47,741 nucleotides of DNA from a virus (taxonomy: Duplodnaviria > Caudoviricetes), in IMG/VR virus record IMGVR_UViG_3300043117_000120, positions 1 to 47,741 of that record; one strand, given 5' to 3'. Within the stretch, counting starts at the first letter, position 1. The number at the start of each line of letters is the position of its first letter. This document shows positions 36,339 through 46,785 of this stretch, one piece after another. The position numbers and the translations under genes are program-made. A model generated the notes under the pieces. The model searched no databases, was not told the DNA's origin, and saw only the letters and a program-made list of their open reading frames with translations.

Positions 36339-37506
36339 ATGTCACCCCTCCAAGTTTGGCAAGCTCACCCGGATTAAGAAAATACAGCGGGATTGATACC
36401 CCAAGTACGAGTCCAAATGTTATCGTTTGCGCACTGGCGCCGTAACTTGATAATACATCCTGAACCACCTCTGATACTGATATCGTGGTTATGGTGTCGT
36501 TGCGTTCCTGAGCCACGTCAACGCCGTCAACAAATGGGGCAATCATTCTGAAGTAAAAATCGAGCGCATCCTCTATATCGCTTTTGAGTGATGCTTCATC
36601 CTCTGCCGATACGTCGAGGTTGTTGATGTCTACGAATATTGAGGTGCGGATAATTGATTGTATGAAAAGTGTATCATCTGTCAGACCAAGCAGTGTACGA
36701 CTCTCTCCAGTGTCAGGATCCGTATTTATAGCTGATCTCACCGCTGCCAAAAGTGCGGCGGGTGCGATACCGTCACTGTCAACGGCTGTGGTGGCCTCGA
36801 CATATACGGTTCTATCTCCGGGGTAGCTGTCACCCTCTGCTTCGGGACGTCCACTGTAGGGGAAGGCGCGCCTGACCCCTGCGACGGCCTCGGCCCATAG
36901 TTTGTGATCGGTTGCGTTGCCGCCGCCGGTCACGGCTCTCTGTGCAAATAATACCCGTGGTCTGTAGTCGGTGTCTGATTCTTCATTGGTTCCCAGGGTA
37001 TCGGTACCTGTCACGGTTGCGGTAGTCTCTGCCCCTGCGACCTGGGCCACTATGGAAAGCGTCTCGCCTGCGTCCAGGTTGCCGCCGGTTCCTGTCTCTG
37101 CGCACTTGAGGGTGAGTGCTGCCGTTCCTGCTGCTGCGGTGACTGCTGCTGTGGTGCGGTATCTCAAGCCATTGCTGTCGCTGACAAACTCACGGTCAAC
37201 CGGAATAACTGTTCCCGTGATTGCGGGGAGGTCTGCCTCTATTATTGCAGCTACGGCCAGCTTGCGCGGCGTGTTGTTATCTATACCGATACGGTCAAGT
37301 CCATCTGCTGTTGCGGTAAGGGCAAGGTTTTGCTTAACGGCGTCGGCTGCGTATTTGTAGAGTCCAATGTCAAGAGCTGCCTCGGTTGCTGCCTGTACAC
37401 GCAGGTAAGCCTTGTCCTGCGTGGGTGCATCCTGTCCGATCTGTCCCTCAAGGCGGGTGAGGTGAGATTCTTTCAGCTCTTTTGTGGTCGGGATATTATA
37501 TGCCAT
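36331..37506 (-). CDS. Baseplate J-like wedge protein (Mu gp47)
   Basis: TATADGLD, GTNEESDTDYRPRVL, GGNATD...WA. Confidence 0.9.
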   Translation of the reverse strand: MAYNIPTTKELKESHLTRLEGQIGQDAPTQDKAYLRVQAATEAALDIGLYKYAADAVKQNLALTATADGLDRIGIDNNTPRKLAVAAIIEADLPAITGTVIPVDREFVSDSNGLRYRTTAAVTAAAGTAALTLKCAETGTGGNLDAGETLSIVAQVAGAETTATVTGTDTLGTNEESDTDYRPRVLFAQRAVTGGGNATDHKLWAEAVAGVRRAFPYSGRPEAEGDSYPGDRTVYVEATTAVDSDGIAPAALLAAVRSAINTDPDTGESRTLLGLTDDTLFIQSIIRTSIFVDINNLDVSAEDEASLKSDIEDALDFYFRMIAPFVDGVDVAQERNDTITTISVSEVVQDVLSSYGASAQTITFGLVLGVSIPLYFLNPGELAKLGGVTYA

Positions 37507-37958
37507 TATGCTGTCCTCTCGTGTGCAGGGTTAAGTGATTGCGCTATCCAGCTCAAGCCGCTTTGTGTAAATAAAAATTCCTGTACGTCTTGACCCGGGG
37601 GTGATAATGCTATAGCGGTTCGTATCTGGTTCAGGTATGGATTAGTCACAAGTATATTAATCTCACTTACCAGTCGGTTTGTTTTCATCCATGACAGTGC
37701 GACGCGGGCGGCGTCTGTGTAATCGTTTATAGTGTCAAGATCAACTATGGTTCGCACCACCTGAAATGTTGAGCCGATCTTTTCCGACTCATTATCAAAC
37801 AGGTCATTACCCCACCATCCGGGAAGGGTGAAAAGTGATATCTGTACGGCGTTTTCCAGCCCCTGATCCATAACGGGTTGACCGCCTCTGAATGTCATTG
37901 TGGCGCCGTCCTCTGTTATCTTGACTGCGGGGTCTCCCTGGAATCGGTCAAATATCAT
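37506..37958 (-). CDS. Baseplate protein, Mu gp46-like
   Basis: GLENAVQISLFT, GWWGN, ALSWM. Confidence 0.85.
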   Translation of the reverse strand: MIFDRFQGDPAVKITEDGATMTFRGGQPVMDQGLENAVQISLFTLPGWWGNDLFDNESEKIGSTFQVVRTIVDLDTINDYTDAARVALSWMKTNRLVSEINILVTNPYLNQIRTAIALSPPGQDVQEFLFTQSGLSWIAQSLNPAHERTA

Positions 37959-38470
37959 GGCAGTTTCACCTCGTCAACTCGTGCGGGTATGGTAACTTCA
38001 ACCACCGGTACCGGTACGTATGATCCCCCAAGTCCTGTAATAGCAGTCTGTATAAGTGTAAGGTTAGCGTTTATCTGTGTCAAAATTGATTGAATATTTA
38101 TATCGTATTCTGTATATCTGATTGCATTATCAGCATCACCGTTAAGCTCGATCTCACCGGCGCTGTTAAGTTTTAGCCGTGCCAGCTTTGTAGTGGCGGG
38201 GTCATCTGTGCTGTAAAATTCCTTTTCACCGGGGCCAACCTCTGGGGTGAGGTCATCTGTTACTGCCAGTGCGGCCTTGTAGCCATTGGCAGCGTCGGTC
38301 ACAAATGCCCTGCAGCCTCGACTTGGGCGTGAGTCAAGTCCATGTTCTCCGATATATTCAACTGAGCGCACGTCACCAGGGATTGATTCCACCTGTAGTA
38401 TAATGCGGTCGACGGTGCCGTCGCGGTTTTTTCTGATCTGTGAACCTGTGATTATTCCTAATTCTGCCAT
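37955..38470 (-). CDS. Baseplate spike, Mu gp45-like
   Basis: HGLDSRP and PGEKEFYS motifs; gene order. Confidence 0.7.
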   Translation of the reverse strand: MAELGIITGSQIRKNRDGTVDRIILQVESIPGDVRSVEYIGEHGLDSRPSRGCRAFVTDAANGYKAALAVTDDLTPEVGPGEKEFYSTDDPATTKLARLKLNSAGEIELNGDADNAIRYTEYDINIQSILTQINANLTLIQTAITGLGGSYVPVPVVEVTIPARVDEVKLP

Positions 38471-39528
38471 GGCTCTTTTATCTCTCCGGTTGTGTAGAGT
38501 GATGGTGGAATAAGCTGCAGGTTTGCTGTGGTGCCGTTTTCTTCATAGACAAATTCTACCTGGTTTATCAAAAATGTAAAGCCATTTTCAGATATTATTT
38601 CATCCTGCAGGTTTAACGTAGTGTTTTTATCCCACAATGTCCCGTTAGGTGCATACCATGTGTTTGTGGGCAGGGGTATACTCAGCGCGTCGGCTGCTGA
38701 TTTATTCCGTCGCCACAATGCAGCATTCAGGCCCTCACCCGGCAGGGATTGTGTAGCGTTAAATGTCAGAAATCGCGGACGGGTAACAACAAGGTCGCTG
38801 GCCTGTGATTTGCGTTTAGTTCGATCGCTTCTTGATGATGATGATATAGCCTCATAAAATTTGAACCGTTCCCGGCCGTTAAACTCTGCCTCGTATTTTT
38901 CAACTATTCCGGTTATATCGGTTATGGTGCCAACTGGAGCCGACCCTGTTTTTGCGCGTGTAATGAGCAGGTCGCCACCTGGTGTACAGGATAATAGTAG
39001 ACCTCTCTGGCTGGCAAGGTCTCGGAGGTGTTCGAATAGGTTGTCGGTTTGTTCAGCTGATACCCTGGCAAACTTACCACCAACGTCAACGCCGTCATCT
39101 ATTACTACGTCGATATCAAATTGCCTCTGTGATACGGTACTGTTCATCATTGACAGGCAACGCTCGTAAAAATCGACGTTGTTTTCTTCAAATGGAAATC
39201 TGACAGACGAGTCAATCACATCTGCGGTTTTTGAGTATATCTCTAAGTTTTTATAAATGCGTGTTTCTTCTTTTGCGTGGGTCACGTTGTACAGTATACC
39301 CTTCATGACCGATTTACCGGCGATATATATTTCAGCTTCCTGGTACCCGTAGGGTCTGGTTTTATCGTCAATGTCAGGGTCAAGGCCAGGTATCCATGGC
39401 ATGGTTGCGGTGTAAGCAAAGGCGCAGGTGTCCATTGTTTTGAGCAGGCGTGATGATTCTACTACGATTTCACGGTTTTCTATTACCAGTGTCATCTCGT
39501 CACGGTCCTTACCCACGAGGTCAGACAT
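38458..39528 (-). CDS. Baseplate hub, Mu gpP/gp44-like
   Basis: SKTADVIDSS, LASQRGLLL, PNGTLWDKN. Confidence 0.8.
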   Translation of the reverse strand: MSDLVGKDRDEMTLVIENREIVVESSRLLKTMDTCAFAYTATMPWIPGLDPDIDDKTRPYGYQEAEIYIAGKSVMKGILYNVTHAKEETRIYKNLEIYSKTADVIDSSVRFPFEENNVDFYERCLSMMNSTVSQRQFDIDVVIDDGVDVGGKFARVSAEQTDNLFEHLRDLASQRGLLLSCTPGGDLLITRAKTGSAPVGTITDITGIVEKYEAEFNGRERFKFYEAISSSSRSDRTKRKSQASDLVVTRPRFLTFNATQSLPGEGLNAALWRRNKSAADALSIPLPTNTWYAPNGTLWDKNTTLNLQDEIISENGFTFLINQVEFVYEENGTTANLQLIPPSLYTTGEIKEPWQN

Positions 39529-40792
39529 AGACTACCACCTCCCTGCCCGCGGGGAGTATCAGGATATCGTTACCGGTAAGGTTGTTACTGTTTAGAAATA
39601 GATCGTAATTCTCGTCAGCTTCTCCAAGGGTGCCGTATTCTGTGACGGTTATCTCAAGGGGTGAGCGTGCCTTTTTAAGGGTGAAACGTTTTTCTGCTCT
39701 GAGATTGTAGAATTGTGCAATCAGGTATTGCAGGCATAATGTGTATAGCTGTACAAGTGCGGTGTAGGAAACAGTCTGTGAATAATACTGCTGGTCTATG
39801 TCAAGATTTATGAAGTGATCCTGCACCGCTTCAAGTTCTTCAACGGCGCTGTTAAAGATTTGTGTTATGTTATCTATTGCGGTGACTACCTCAACGCGTG
39901 AGGTATAGGTTGAGGTTGCAACCACCTCGGCTATTGCAATCAGGGCAGCGGTGATTGAAAATTCAATTGATGTGACCTTGTTGTAATCATCTGCGGTGGT
40001 ACCATCCGGTAATTCCTGTACTATATCAGTGATCAGGTCTTCATACGTGGTAAATCTCAATCCGAAATCAGCGCTGGAGTCAACGCCTGCGCTGATCATA
40101 CCGTACAGGGCGGTTCCTACATCGTCGCTGTCGGGGTCATCTATCGTAAAAGCGGTTATGGCTGCGTTAAATGCGGTGCGGGCGCTTTCGTATGCGTCTT
40201 GTGCGATTGCAACGGTTGAGGTGATGTTTTTGATTATGCTGTCAAGCAGTCCGGCAACTGCGGTGAATCCGTTTACTGCTGCCTGTATTGCGCTGTAGGC
40301 ATCTGCTCTGATCTGGGCAAGGGTGGTTAGTGCATCCTGGACGGCGTTAAGGGTTTGGGCAACAATTGACCCCGCAAGCTCTGATGGTGATATCAGGCGC
40401 TCAATATTTGCCGGTTCTATCCATTGTGATTCTATTTCAGTGTATGCACCGTTGCTTATGGGTGCGATAACCTCACGAGCTGATATGAGTTGTAGTATAA
40501 GTGGGCCCTTTACGGGGTGAACGACTTCCCATTGCCCGGGGTCAAGTTTTATCGTGTCAAAAAAATCATCTGCGGTCTGGTTGTGATTTATCCCGTCAAA
40601 ATAAAATGTGATGGGATACATAAATGATCGTACGTCGAGGTCTTGTACTATGGTGCCTGAAAATTTGGGAGGGTTAAACATGCCAAGTTTCTTCTCGACT
40701 GATCGTTCATCATTGCGCCATAGTGCGGTGAACACTGACCCAGAAGGTGAGGTGAGCTTGATCTCTGGTTTTAATTCATTTAGCCAGCTCAT
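39521..40792 (-). CDS. DNA circularisation / tail protein, Mu gpN-like
   Basis: MSWLNEL, VQDLD, VHPVKG; follows the tape measure gene. Confidence 0.8.
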   Translation of the reverse strand: MSWLNELKPEIKLTSPSGSVFTALWRNDERSVEKKLGMFNPPKFSGTIVQDLDVRSFMYPITFYFDGINHNQTADDFFDTIKLDPGQWEVVHPVKGPLILQLISAREVIAPISNGAYTEIESQWIEPANIERLISPSELAGSIVAQTLNAVQDALTTLAQIRADAYSAIQAAVNGFTAVAGLLDSIIKNITSTVAIAQDAYESARTAFNAAITAFTIDDPDSDDVGTALYGMISAGVDSSADFGLRFTTYEDLITDIVQELPDGTTADDYNKVTSIEFSITAALIAIAEVVATSTYTSRVEVVTAIDNITQIFNSAVEELEAVQDHFINLDIDQQYYSQTVSYTALVQLYTLCLQYLIAQFYNLRAEKRFTLKKARSPLEITVTEYGTLGEADENYDLFLNSNNLTGNDILILPAGREVVVYV

Positions 40793-42204
40793 TAGTTTTT
40801 ACCCATCACGTTCATTTTAACCGGTGGCGCCCCCCTGGTTTTGCTGCTTGCGGTGGTGCCCTCAGGTGCGCCTGCTATATTAATCTCACCCTGCAGGTTG
40901 ACTCTTTGCGCTGCTAACTGGTTGCGGTTTGGGGGTTCAGCATTGCGTGTTGATTCCTGGACCTGCTGTGTTTTTTCACGTATTGCAACCATCTGGCGTC
41001 CGAAGTTTGGAAAGATCGTGCCAAGCAGCGCCTTTATTATGGGGTTATCAAGTATCTTGCTGATTTTCATAAACATTGCATGTAATTTGTCACCGTATTT
41101 TATGAGTGCGATTATACCCGCAATTAGTCCGGCAACGGCTATTGTGATAAGTCCTATCGGGTTTGCCGAAAGTGCGGCATTCCATAACCACTGCTTAACC
41201 GTGGCGGCAGTGATAAACTCACGCATCATCCATAGGTATTTGAGCCAGCCCAGGGCCAGCATTATCTTTTGGGCGGCGATAACTCCATATACGGCAGCTT
41301 TCCACGAGACGAAACTGATAACAAGCCATGGCACGATATCTGCTATTGTACGCAGTCCCCTTGCGACGGCATCGGTGTCTATGCGGTCGATTGCCCGGTT
41401 GAGTGCTGAGAAGAGGCTGACAAGTTTTGGTAATATCTTCACCATGATTTTGGCAAGAAACTGATCAAATTTAACTCCAAGCACACGCTTCTGGTTGGCA
41501 TAGCTCGTGGCAAGGGTTTTGTTAAAATCCCCCTGTGCGTCTTTTGATTTTTCCATGACATAATTATATCTGAGCGTTACCTGTTCAGCCTGTGACATCT
41601 GTTTCCACGCCTTATTGATTCCCTTGCTGAGTGCGAAGGCTTCGAGGTTTGTCACGTTCATGTTTATACCAAGCTGCCGCAGCGGTTCGGTTTCGCCGGT
41701 TATAACAGATTTCATTTTCTCAAATGCTTCTTCAGGCTTCATGTTTCTAAACGATGCGTAGTCTCCGGCAAGTCCGGCCAGCGACTTTGACATTTCTACA
41801 AGCTGCGTATCTGCTATACCTGATGATTTAGCCATTGAGCCAAGGACGCCGGTAAATTCCTTTGCCTGTAATTCTGATAATCCGAATTTTGTAATTGCGG
41901 TATCGGCGAATTTGTCGATCTCTTTTGATCCGGCGCCGAATGTCGTATCAACAACGTTTTGAACCTCTTCAAGGGAAGAGGCAAGCTCGATTGCCTTATT
42001 TGCGTACCTGGCAATAGTAGCAACTCCAAACAGTGGCAAGAGGCTTTTCATGGTACCGATAAGACTATTACCTGATCTGCTCACCCGTCCAAAGGCGCGG
42101 CTGCCGCTGGCACCGAACTTGTCGGCACTTTTGCCCATACGTTTAAATGCCGGGCTGACCCGGTCGGTTGCTTTAAATGCTGTCACTACCGCAAAATCAG
42201 GCAT
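40792..42204 (-). CDS. Tape measure protein (470 aa)
   Basis: EEVQNVVDTTFG, GETEPLRQLG, NAALSANPIGL. Confidence 0.9.
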   Translation of the reverse strand: MPDFAVVTAFKATDRVSPAFKRMGKSADKFGASGSRAFGRVSRSGNSLIGTMKSLLPLFGVATIARYANKAIELASSLEEVQNVVDTTFGAGSKEIDKFADTAITKFGLSELQAKEFTGVLGSMAKSSGIADTQLVEMSKSLAGLAGDYASFRNMKPEEAFEKMKSVITGETEPLRQLGINMNVTNLEAFALSKGINKAWKQMSQAEQVTLRYNYVMEKSKDAQGDFNKTLATSYANQKRVLGVKFDQFLAKIMVKILPKLVSLFSALNRAIDRIDTDAVARGLRTIADIVPWLVISFVSWKAAVYGVIAAQKIMLALGWLKYLWMMREFITAATVKQWLWNAALSANPIGLITIAVAGLIAGIIALIKYGDKLHAMFMKISKILDNPIIKALLGTIFPNFGRQMVAIREKTQQVQESTRNAEPPNRNQLAAQRVNLQGEINIAGAPEGTTASSKTRGAPPVKMNVMGKN

Positions 42205-42784
42205 TATTTGCCGCTCCCTTTAACAGAATCTGCAACTCTCTTTTCCTCTTTTGATATAACCTCATGCCACTCGTTCCAGTATCTCAGTTCGTGGTATCGC
42301 ATTGAGCGTATAACATCGATGGGTTGTTTCCTGAAAAACAGGTTGCCCATCCACTGGCTTATACGCTCTACACCGATAAAAAAATCATGCCCAGCACCTC
42401 TGCCAGGGAAAGATCAACACCTTTGAGCTGTTTAATTGCACCCTCGCCCATATCGGACAGGCTCCCCATAAGTGCGTACGATTTACCGTAATAATCTTTT
42501 TCGTCTTTGCCTGCCATCTGCGTCTTGGCTATGCCGTCGATTTCCCGGTATTTGATTTTTTCACCGTTACGGAGGGTCTGTACAATTTGAATGCCCTCTT
42601 CAAGTTTGATCTCAAGGCGTCCAAGCCGTACCGCTTTTACCAAACGGTCATACCCTGAGGTAATGGCTTTTTTGAGGTCTTTATCCTCAATCTCGTCAAT
42701 GTCAATCTCGTAATAGTCCATCATCTTTTCCAGCTCTTTGCCTGCGGCGTGTTTGCTGAGTATGTAGTTTTTCTTATCCTGCAT
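42204..42784 (-). CDS. Tail assembly chaperone: G at 42368..42784 and a -1 frameshift GT product ending at 42204
   Basis: T TTT TTA slippery site at 42377-42383; the -1 frame is open to a TAA that overlaps the tape measure ATG. Confidence 0.8.
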
Positions 42785-43592
42785 GTTTGACCTCGCTCTC
42801 CTGTTCTTGAATGTATGTTTTGTAATGAGTGATTTTAACCACTCCCTCCCTCTCTAACCTGTAGGCTGCGTCGTATCTCATGAACTTCATTTCACCCTGC
42901 CGCAGCTGCTCGCTGCGGGGGCCCCTGTTGTTTGGAATTAGTCCGATACATGCCACTTTTCTGTGGGGTGGAAGCGCATCTTTATATGATCTCAATTTCC
43001 CGTCCAGGTCAAGTTTTCTACCGTGACCCTTGCCAACTTGCGCCTTGCATATAAGTAAATTATCTATCCAGTTTATGGGTAGTACATCGGTTAATTTCCT
43101 GCTGTAATTATGATCGCCGTTTTTATTGCCCCACCACCGCGCGCGGTCTTTGTGCTGGCAGTGCATGAAGAAACACTCCGTCTGGAATGTTTTTTGACTG
43201 CCCCAGTGCCTTGGACATACCGTTGTATTCCAGCGCTGGACACGGGCGATGTTGACGTGATCTTCAAGGGATGACGCAACCAGACGCTCAATAACGTTGT
43301 CATCTGCGTACATGTCATCATCATCGATAAAATGATACCAGCCGTCACGTGTGGGTATGGTTTGCAGCAGCCTGTTGTTGTACAGGTTGTATGTTCCATT
43401 ACCGTATTCTGAGTTGTAGGCGCTGCCTCGTATGATAATGTCGCCGGCAACATACTCATCCCGGGGGTCATCTGCGTGAACAATGGTGACTATGTTTTCA
43501 TAGGTTTGATTTTTTACAGTCTCCATCATGCGTGCAAAATACTGTGGGCGCCCGCTGGTACGGATGAGTATGTATACCGGGACATCGGTCAT
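42774..43592 (-). CDS. Glycosyltransferase family 2 inside the tail operon
   Basis: ILIRTSGRP, NQTYEN, YHFIDDDD, GDHNY. Confidence 0.8.
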   Translation of the reverse strand: MTDVPVYILIRTSGRPQYFARMMETVKNQTYENIVTIVHADDPRDEYVAGDIIIRGSAYNSEYGNGTYNLYNNRLLQTIPTRDGWYHFIDDDDMYADDNVIERLVASSLEDHVNIARVQRWNTTVCPRHWGSQKTFQTECFFMHCQHKDRARWWGNKNGDHNYSRKLTDVLPINWIDNLLICKAQVGKGHGRKLDLDGKLRSYKDALPPHRKVACIGLIPNNRGPRSEQLRQGEMKFMRYDAAYRLEREGVVKITHYKTYIQEQESEVKHAG

Positions 43593-43599
43593 AACATGC

Positions 43600-43986
43600 C
43601 TATGGTATAAACGGTGTCCAGGGGTTGCCGCTGGACTTGTTTGGTATCAGGGTTAAATTCGACCTGTTTTCCTCACTCTCGAATGACCCATAGTTGATCT
43701 GTCCCGCTGACCTGTACACGGTGCCATCTGCAAGCTCAACTGCCATGGTCACGTCGGCCAGTCCGTTGGCTGCGGCTTCGATCTGTTCAGCCTCTGACGG
43801 GTCGGTGATCAGTACCACGCTTTCCATGGTTTGTACACGGCGCGTTTTTTTGTAGAGGGTACGGCCTGATGTTGCCATGCCCTCGGTTTCGTAATTTGAC
43901 CTATTGAACGTGATGTTGATATCTGCCGGTACGTCGTAGGTTATGCCGTTGAGTGTGACTTTTCTAATTGTTCCCGATACTGACAT
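43600..43986 (-). CDS. Tail tube protein (Mu gpM-like)
   Basis: 128 aa after the sheath gene; ELADGTVY. Confidence 0.8.
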   Translation of the reverse strand: MSVSGTIRKVTLNGITYDVPADINITFNRSNYETEGMATSGRTLYKKTRRVQTMESVVLITDPSEAEQIEAAANGLADVTMAVELADGTVYRSAGQINYGSFESEENRSNLTLIPNKSSGNPWTPFIP

Positions 43987-45554
43987 TATTCACCTCCCGC
44001 TAAAAGGATAGCTATTGATGTATCAAATGTTATTACCGTGTTGTATATCCCGCCCTCACCTGACAGTATAACGGGGAAGGTGATGTCAAAACCGGTAAGG
44101 CCTGCTCTGAGGGTAACTTTGTCACCCTGTTGCAACTGTGATTTTGTATAGCTTGCGGTGTATAACCAGGCGTTTCCTGCAAATACGTCGGCGAGGTCAA
44201 CAAGGTCGTCAAGTACGCTGCCAACGTCACGAGCTTTCAGGCGTGAGGTGACGTTACTTACTTCGGTGACGTCCTCTACTATGGTTATGCCCTTCCACTT
44301 CGGCCGATCAAAATTTGCCTTGTAGTTGAATAGCAGGTTCTGAATTATGCTGATGTTTCGCATGGCCCGGTATCCGTTTGATTCCGGCGCGACATCTGCG
44401 GGACGATAGAATGTGATGATATTCTGTGCATACAGCACGCCGTTTTTAGCAAACGAGGTGCCTACGCCGCCTTTGACTGCCTGATCACGATTAACATAGT
44501 CGTTAGTCCATCTGTCGGGAACATCACCCACGTACACGCCGTCAAGGGCCTTGTCAATGTATCCCTCTTCTGCTCTTGTTGAGTTAGTGACTGCCATAAT
44601 ACCGGTCAATTGCGCCGCGATTTCCTGGGGGTGGTTTGGGCTGCCAGGTGCAGGGAATATGCCGTTGGTTCGGTCTGACCTTCTCAGGTTTGCCAGTGCC
44701 AGGGCTGCGGTGAGTCCTGCTGTAAGCGGTGTGGTGTCGCCCACGAGTGAACGGAATGGACGGGCAATCTCTTTCTTGTAGTTGCCGATAAAGGTGTTGC
44801 CAACGCCGTTGTATGTGCTGATAGCGTCCAGCGTTGCGGTGTCCTGTCCATATCCATGTATCACGTTTGTGAAAAATGCGTCGTTTTGGGCATCGCCCGT
44901 GCCAAGTGCGTCAAGTGCATCCTGTATATCCGGGGTGCCGGTTCCACCTGACATGTCGGTGACGGTGGCCACTACACCAGTTGGAAGTGCTTCACCTGCG
45001 TTGAGGTTAAACTCAATGCTGATGTCATTACCCCATGGCCCGCCTGATTTGCTGGTAAGTGTCACAACACCTGCCACGTTTACGGCGGTGACTGGTAGTT
45101 CATCGTCGTCGTTTATTGCATCGGCCAGGTTTTCACCTATAGTGTCAGCGCTGTCACCTGCTGATACTGATACCGGTACTCTATCACCTGCGATATAACA
45201 GGCAAGAGTGCCAGCCTGTACATCGGCACTTGCGGCAAGGTCGATCTCACCGGTTGCCTGATCCGGGTCTGAGCCGCCTTCAAGCTGTGGTATTATCCAT
45301 GTCTCGACAATACCGGGTTTCATAGCGGCCCGGGCGAGCCTGTGCAGCATGTAGCCATATCCTGTCTTGCCCCCTACATCTGCAGCGGAAAATATCCGAA
45401 ACGGAACGTTTGGGGCAAGGCTTGCGAATGTCGCCTCGTCAAATGTGCCTATTATTACGTTTTTTTGCGGCAATACCTGGGCGGTGACGGCGAATTGTTC
45501 ATTTTCTACCGACACCCCGTTAATCGCTGCAAGTGATGTAGGAAATATAGTCAT
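43986..45554 (-). CDS. Contractile tail sheath protein (Mu gpL-like)
   Basis: GYGYMLHRL, LPVTA, KSGGPWGNDI, MSGGTGTPDI. Confidence 0.9.
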   Translation of the reverse strand: MTIFPTSLAAINGVSVENEQFAVTAQVLPQKNVIIGTFDEATFASLAPNVPFRIFSAADVGGKTGYGYMLHRLARAAMKPGIVETWIIPQLEGGSDPDQATGEIDLAASADVQAGTLACYIAGDRVPVSVSAGDSADTIGENLADAINDDDELPVTAVNVAGVVTLTSKSGGPWGNDISIEFNLNAGEALPTGVVATVTDMSGGTGTPDIQDALDALGTGDAQNDAFFTNVIHGYGQDTATLDAISTYNGVGNTFIGNYKKEIARPFRSLVGDTTPLTAGLTAALALANLRRSDRTNGIFPAPGSPNHPQEIAAQLTGIMAVTNSTRAEEGYIDKALDGVYVGDVPDRWTNDYVNRDQAVKGGVGTSFAKNGVLYAQNIITFYRPADVAPESNGYRAMRNISIIQNLLFNYKANFDRPKWKGITIVEDVTEVSNVTSRLKARDVGSVLDDLVDLADVFAGNAWLYTASYTKSQLQQGDKVTLRAGLTGFDITFPVILSGEGGIYNTVITFDTSIAILLAGGE

Positions 45555-45557
45555 GTC

Positions 45558-46202
45558 CTAATCCTCCGTGTTGTCGTTTTCTACGGTTACCCCGGCACCT
45601 TCGGTGTCGTCAACGGGTAACTCTGAGTTAAATATTACCGTGTCTGGTTCGTTGCCTATTTCACCGGCGACGTCCTCCTGGACACGGCAGCTGTATTTCA
45701 TATTTGCGGTTTTGACTACCAGGTCTCCCCGCTCAATTATCGTGTCTTTTTGCACCCGGTCAAGCCATCTGCTGGAGAGCGCGTCTTTTTCCAGTCCGAG
45801 GTACTCGTTGCGGGCATCCATGATGATTTGATACACCGCGTCTATTGTTTCATCTACTGACTGATCGGCAAGTTCAGCGGCATATTTCAGATCGGCAAGT
45901 GCCTGTGCTTTCTGAGATTGTGTTGCAGCGGGTGAGTCAAGTATTGTCACGTCGCACTGAGCTTTTGCTGATGCTGATACATTAATATCTATTGTTATAT
46001 CGTGCATCTTTGGCCCCCGCATTTTTCCCGCGCCTTTTTTGAAATCGCCGTCTGAGTAATAGCACTGAACAAGCCGGTTATTTCCGGTTAGTTCATCCGT
46101 CGATTTTGACTGACGTTGATATCCTATTACACGGAATCTACTGGCTGCCTGATCTCCAAGGGTTTTGACGAGCGCCTCTTTTACGATTCTAAACTGCATC
46201 AT
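45558..46202 (-). CDS. Tail completion / terminator protein (putative)
   Basis: Position immediately before the sheath gene. Confidence 0.55.
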   Translation of the reverse strand: MMQFRIVKEALVKTLGDQAASRFRVIGYQRQSKSTDELTGNNRLVQCYYSDGDFKKGAGKMRGPKMHDITIDINVSASAKAQCDVTILDSPAATQSQKAQALADLKYAAELADQSVDETIDAVYQIIMDARNEYLGLEKDALSSRWLDRVQKDTIIERGDLVVKTANMKYSCRVQEDVAGEIGNEPDTVIFNSELPVDDTEGAGVTVENDNTED

Positions 46203-46612
46203 GACAGGGGCGCTCCATCATCTTCAACTCGTTGTAAGTACATCCTCAAAAATCCGATATCGGTACCGGATTCCATGGCGCGGTCGGCACTTTGTACAAA
46301 CCGTTCAAGCGGTGCGCCCGCTACAGGTGAGGTCGGCATTTTTACATACCACGTCTCACCCTGGCGGGGTACACGGTTAAGGCTTGATATTCTGAGACTT
46401 AGTACAGGCTGGTTGACAACTACGACCTCACCGGTTATCGGGTTTTCTCTGCGGGAAAAATATAACACTTGCCCGCCGAGTTTGTCGGTCATGCTGCCTT
46501 TTTTGTATACCTGCTCTATGCCGTCGGGGCCGATTAGTATTACATCGATCTTAAATTCACCCTCTAAGCTGTAGGACAGGTCATGTTCAGCCTGTTGTCT
46601 CAGGTTTATCAT
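46199..46612 (-). CDS. Head-tail adaptor (putative)
   Basis: Position; LRISSL...P..GETW motif. Confidence 0.55.
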   Translation of the reverse strand: MINLRQQAEHDLSYSLEGEFKIDVILIGPDGIEQVYKKGSMTDKLGGQVLYFSRRENPITGEVVVVNQPVLSLRISSLNRVPRQGETWYVKMPTSPVAGAPLERFVQSADRAMESGTDIGFLRMYLQRVEDDGAPLS

Positions 46613-46785
46613 TTTTTACGGTTGCCCCTGATTCTGCGGCTCTCGTACTCGTTGTAGTGCTCACGCTCTGCCTGTTTTTTTGTCATAACTGGCACGTCAA
46701 GCACCACGTGCGGCGGGAGTACGTCGCCTGATATCATTCTGCGGGCGCCGAAATAGACTCGTTTGCCTTCAGGTACTTTATTCAT
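46609..46785 (-). CDS. 58-aa hypothetical protein
   Basis: Hand-translated MNKVPEGKRVYFG...; overlaps both neighbours. Confidence 0.55.
   Translation of the reverse strand: MNKVPEGKRVYFGARRMISGDVLPPHVVLDVPVMTKKQAEREHYNEYESRRIRGNRKK

Noticed and set aside
40841-41464. Long antisense ORFs in structural genes (this one and similar ones at 3695, 25235, 44782 and 46116)
   Set aside because: Shadow frames of well-supported genes, with no motifs or RBS
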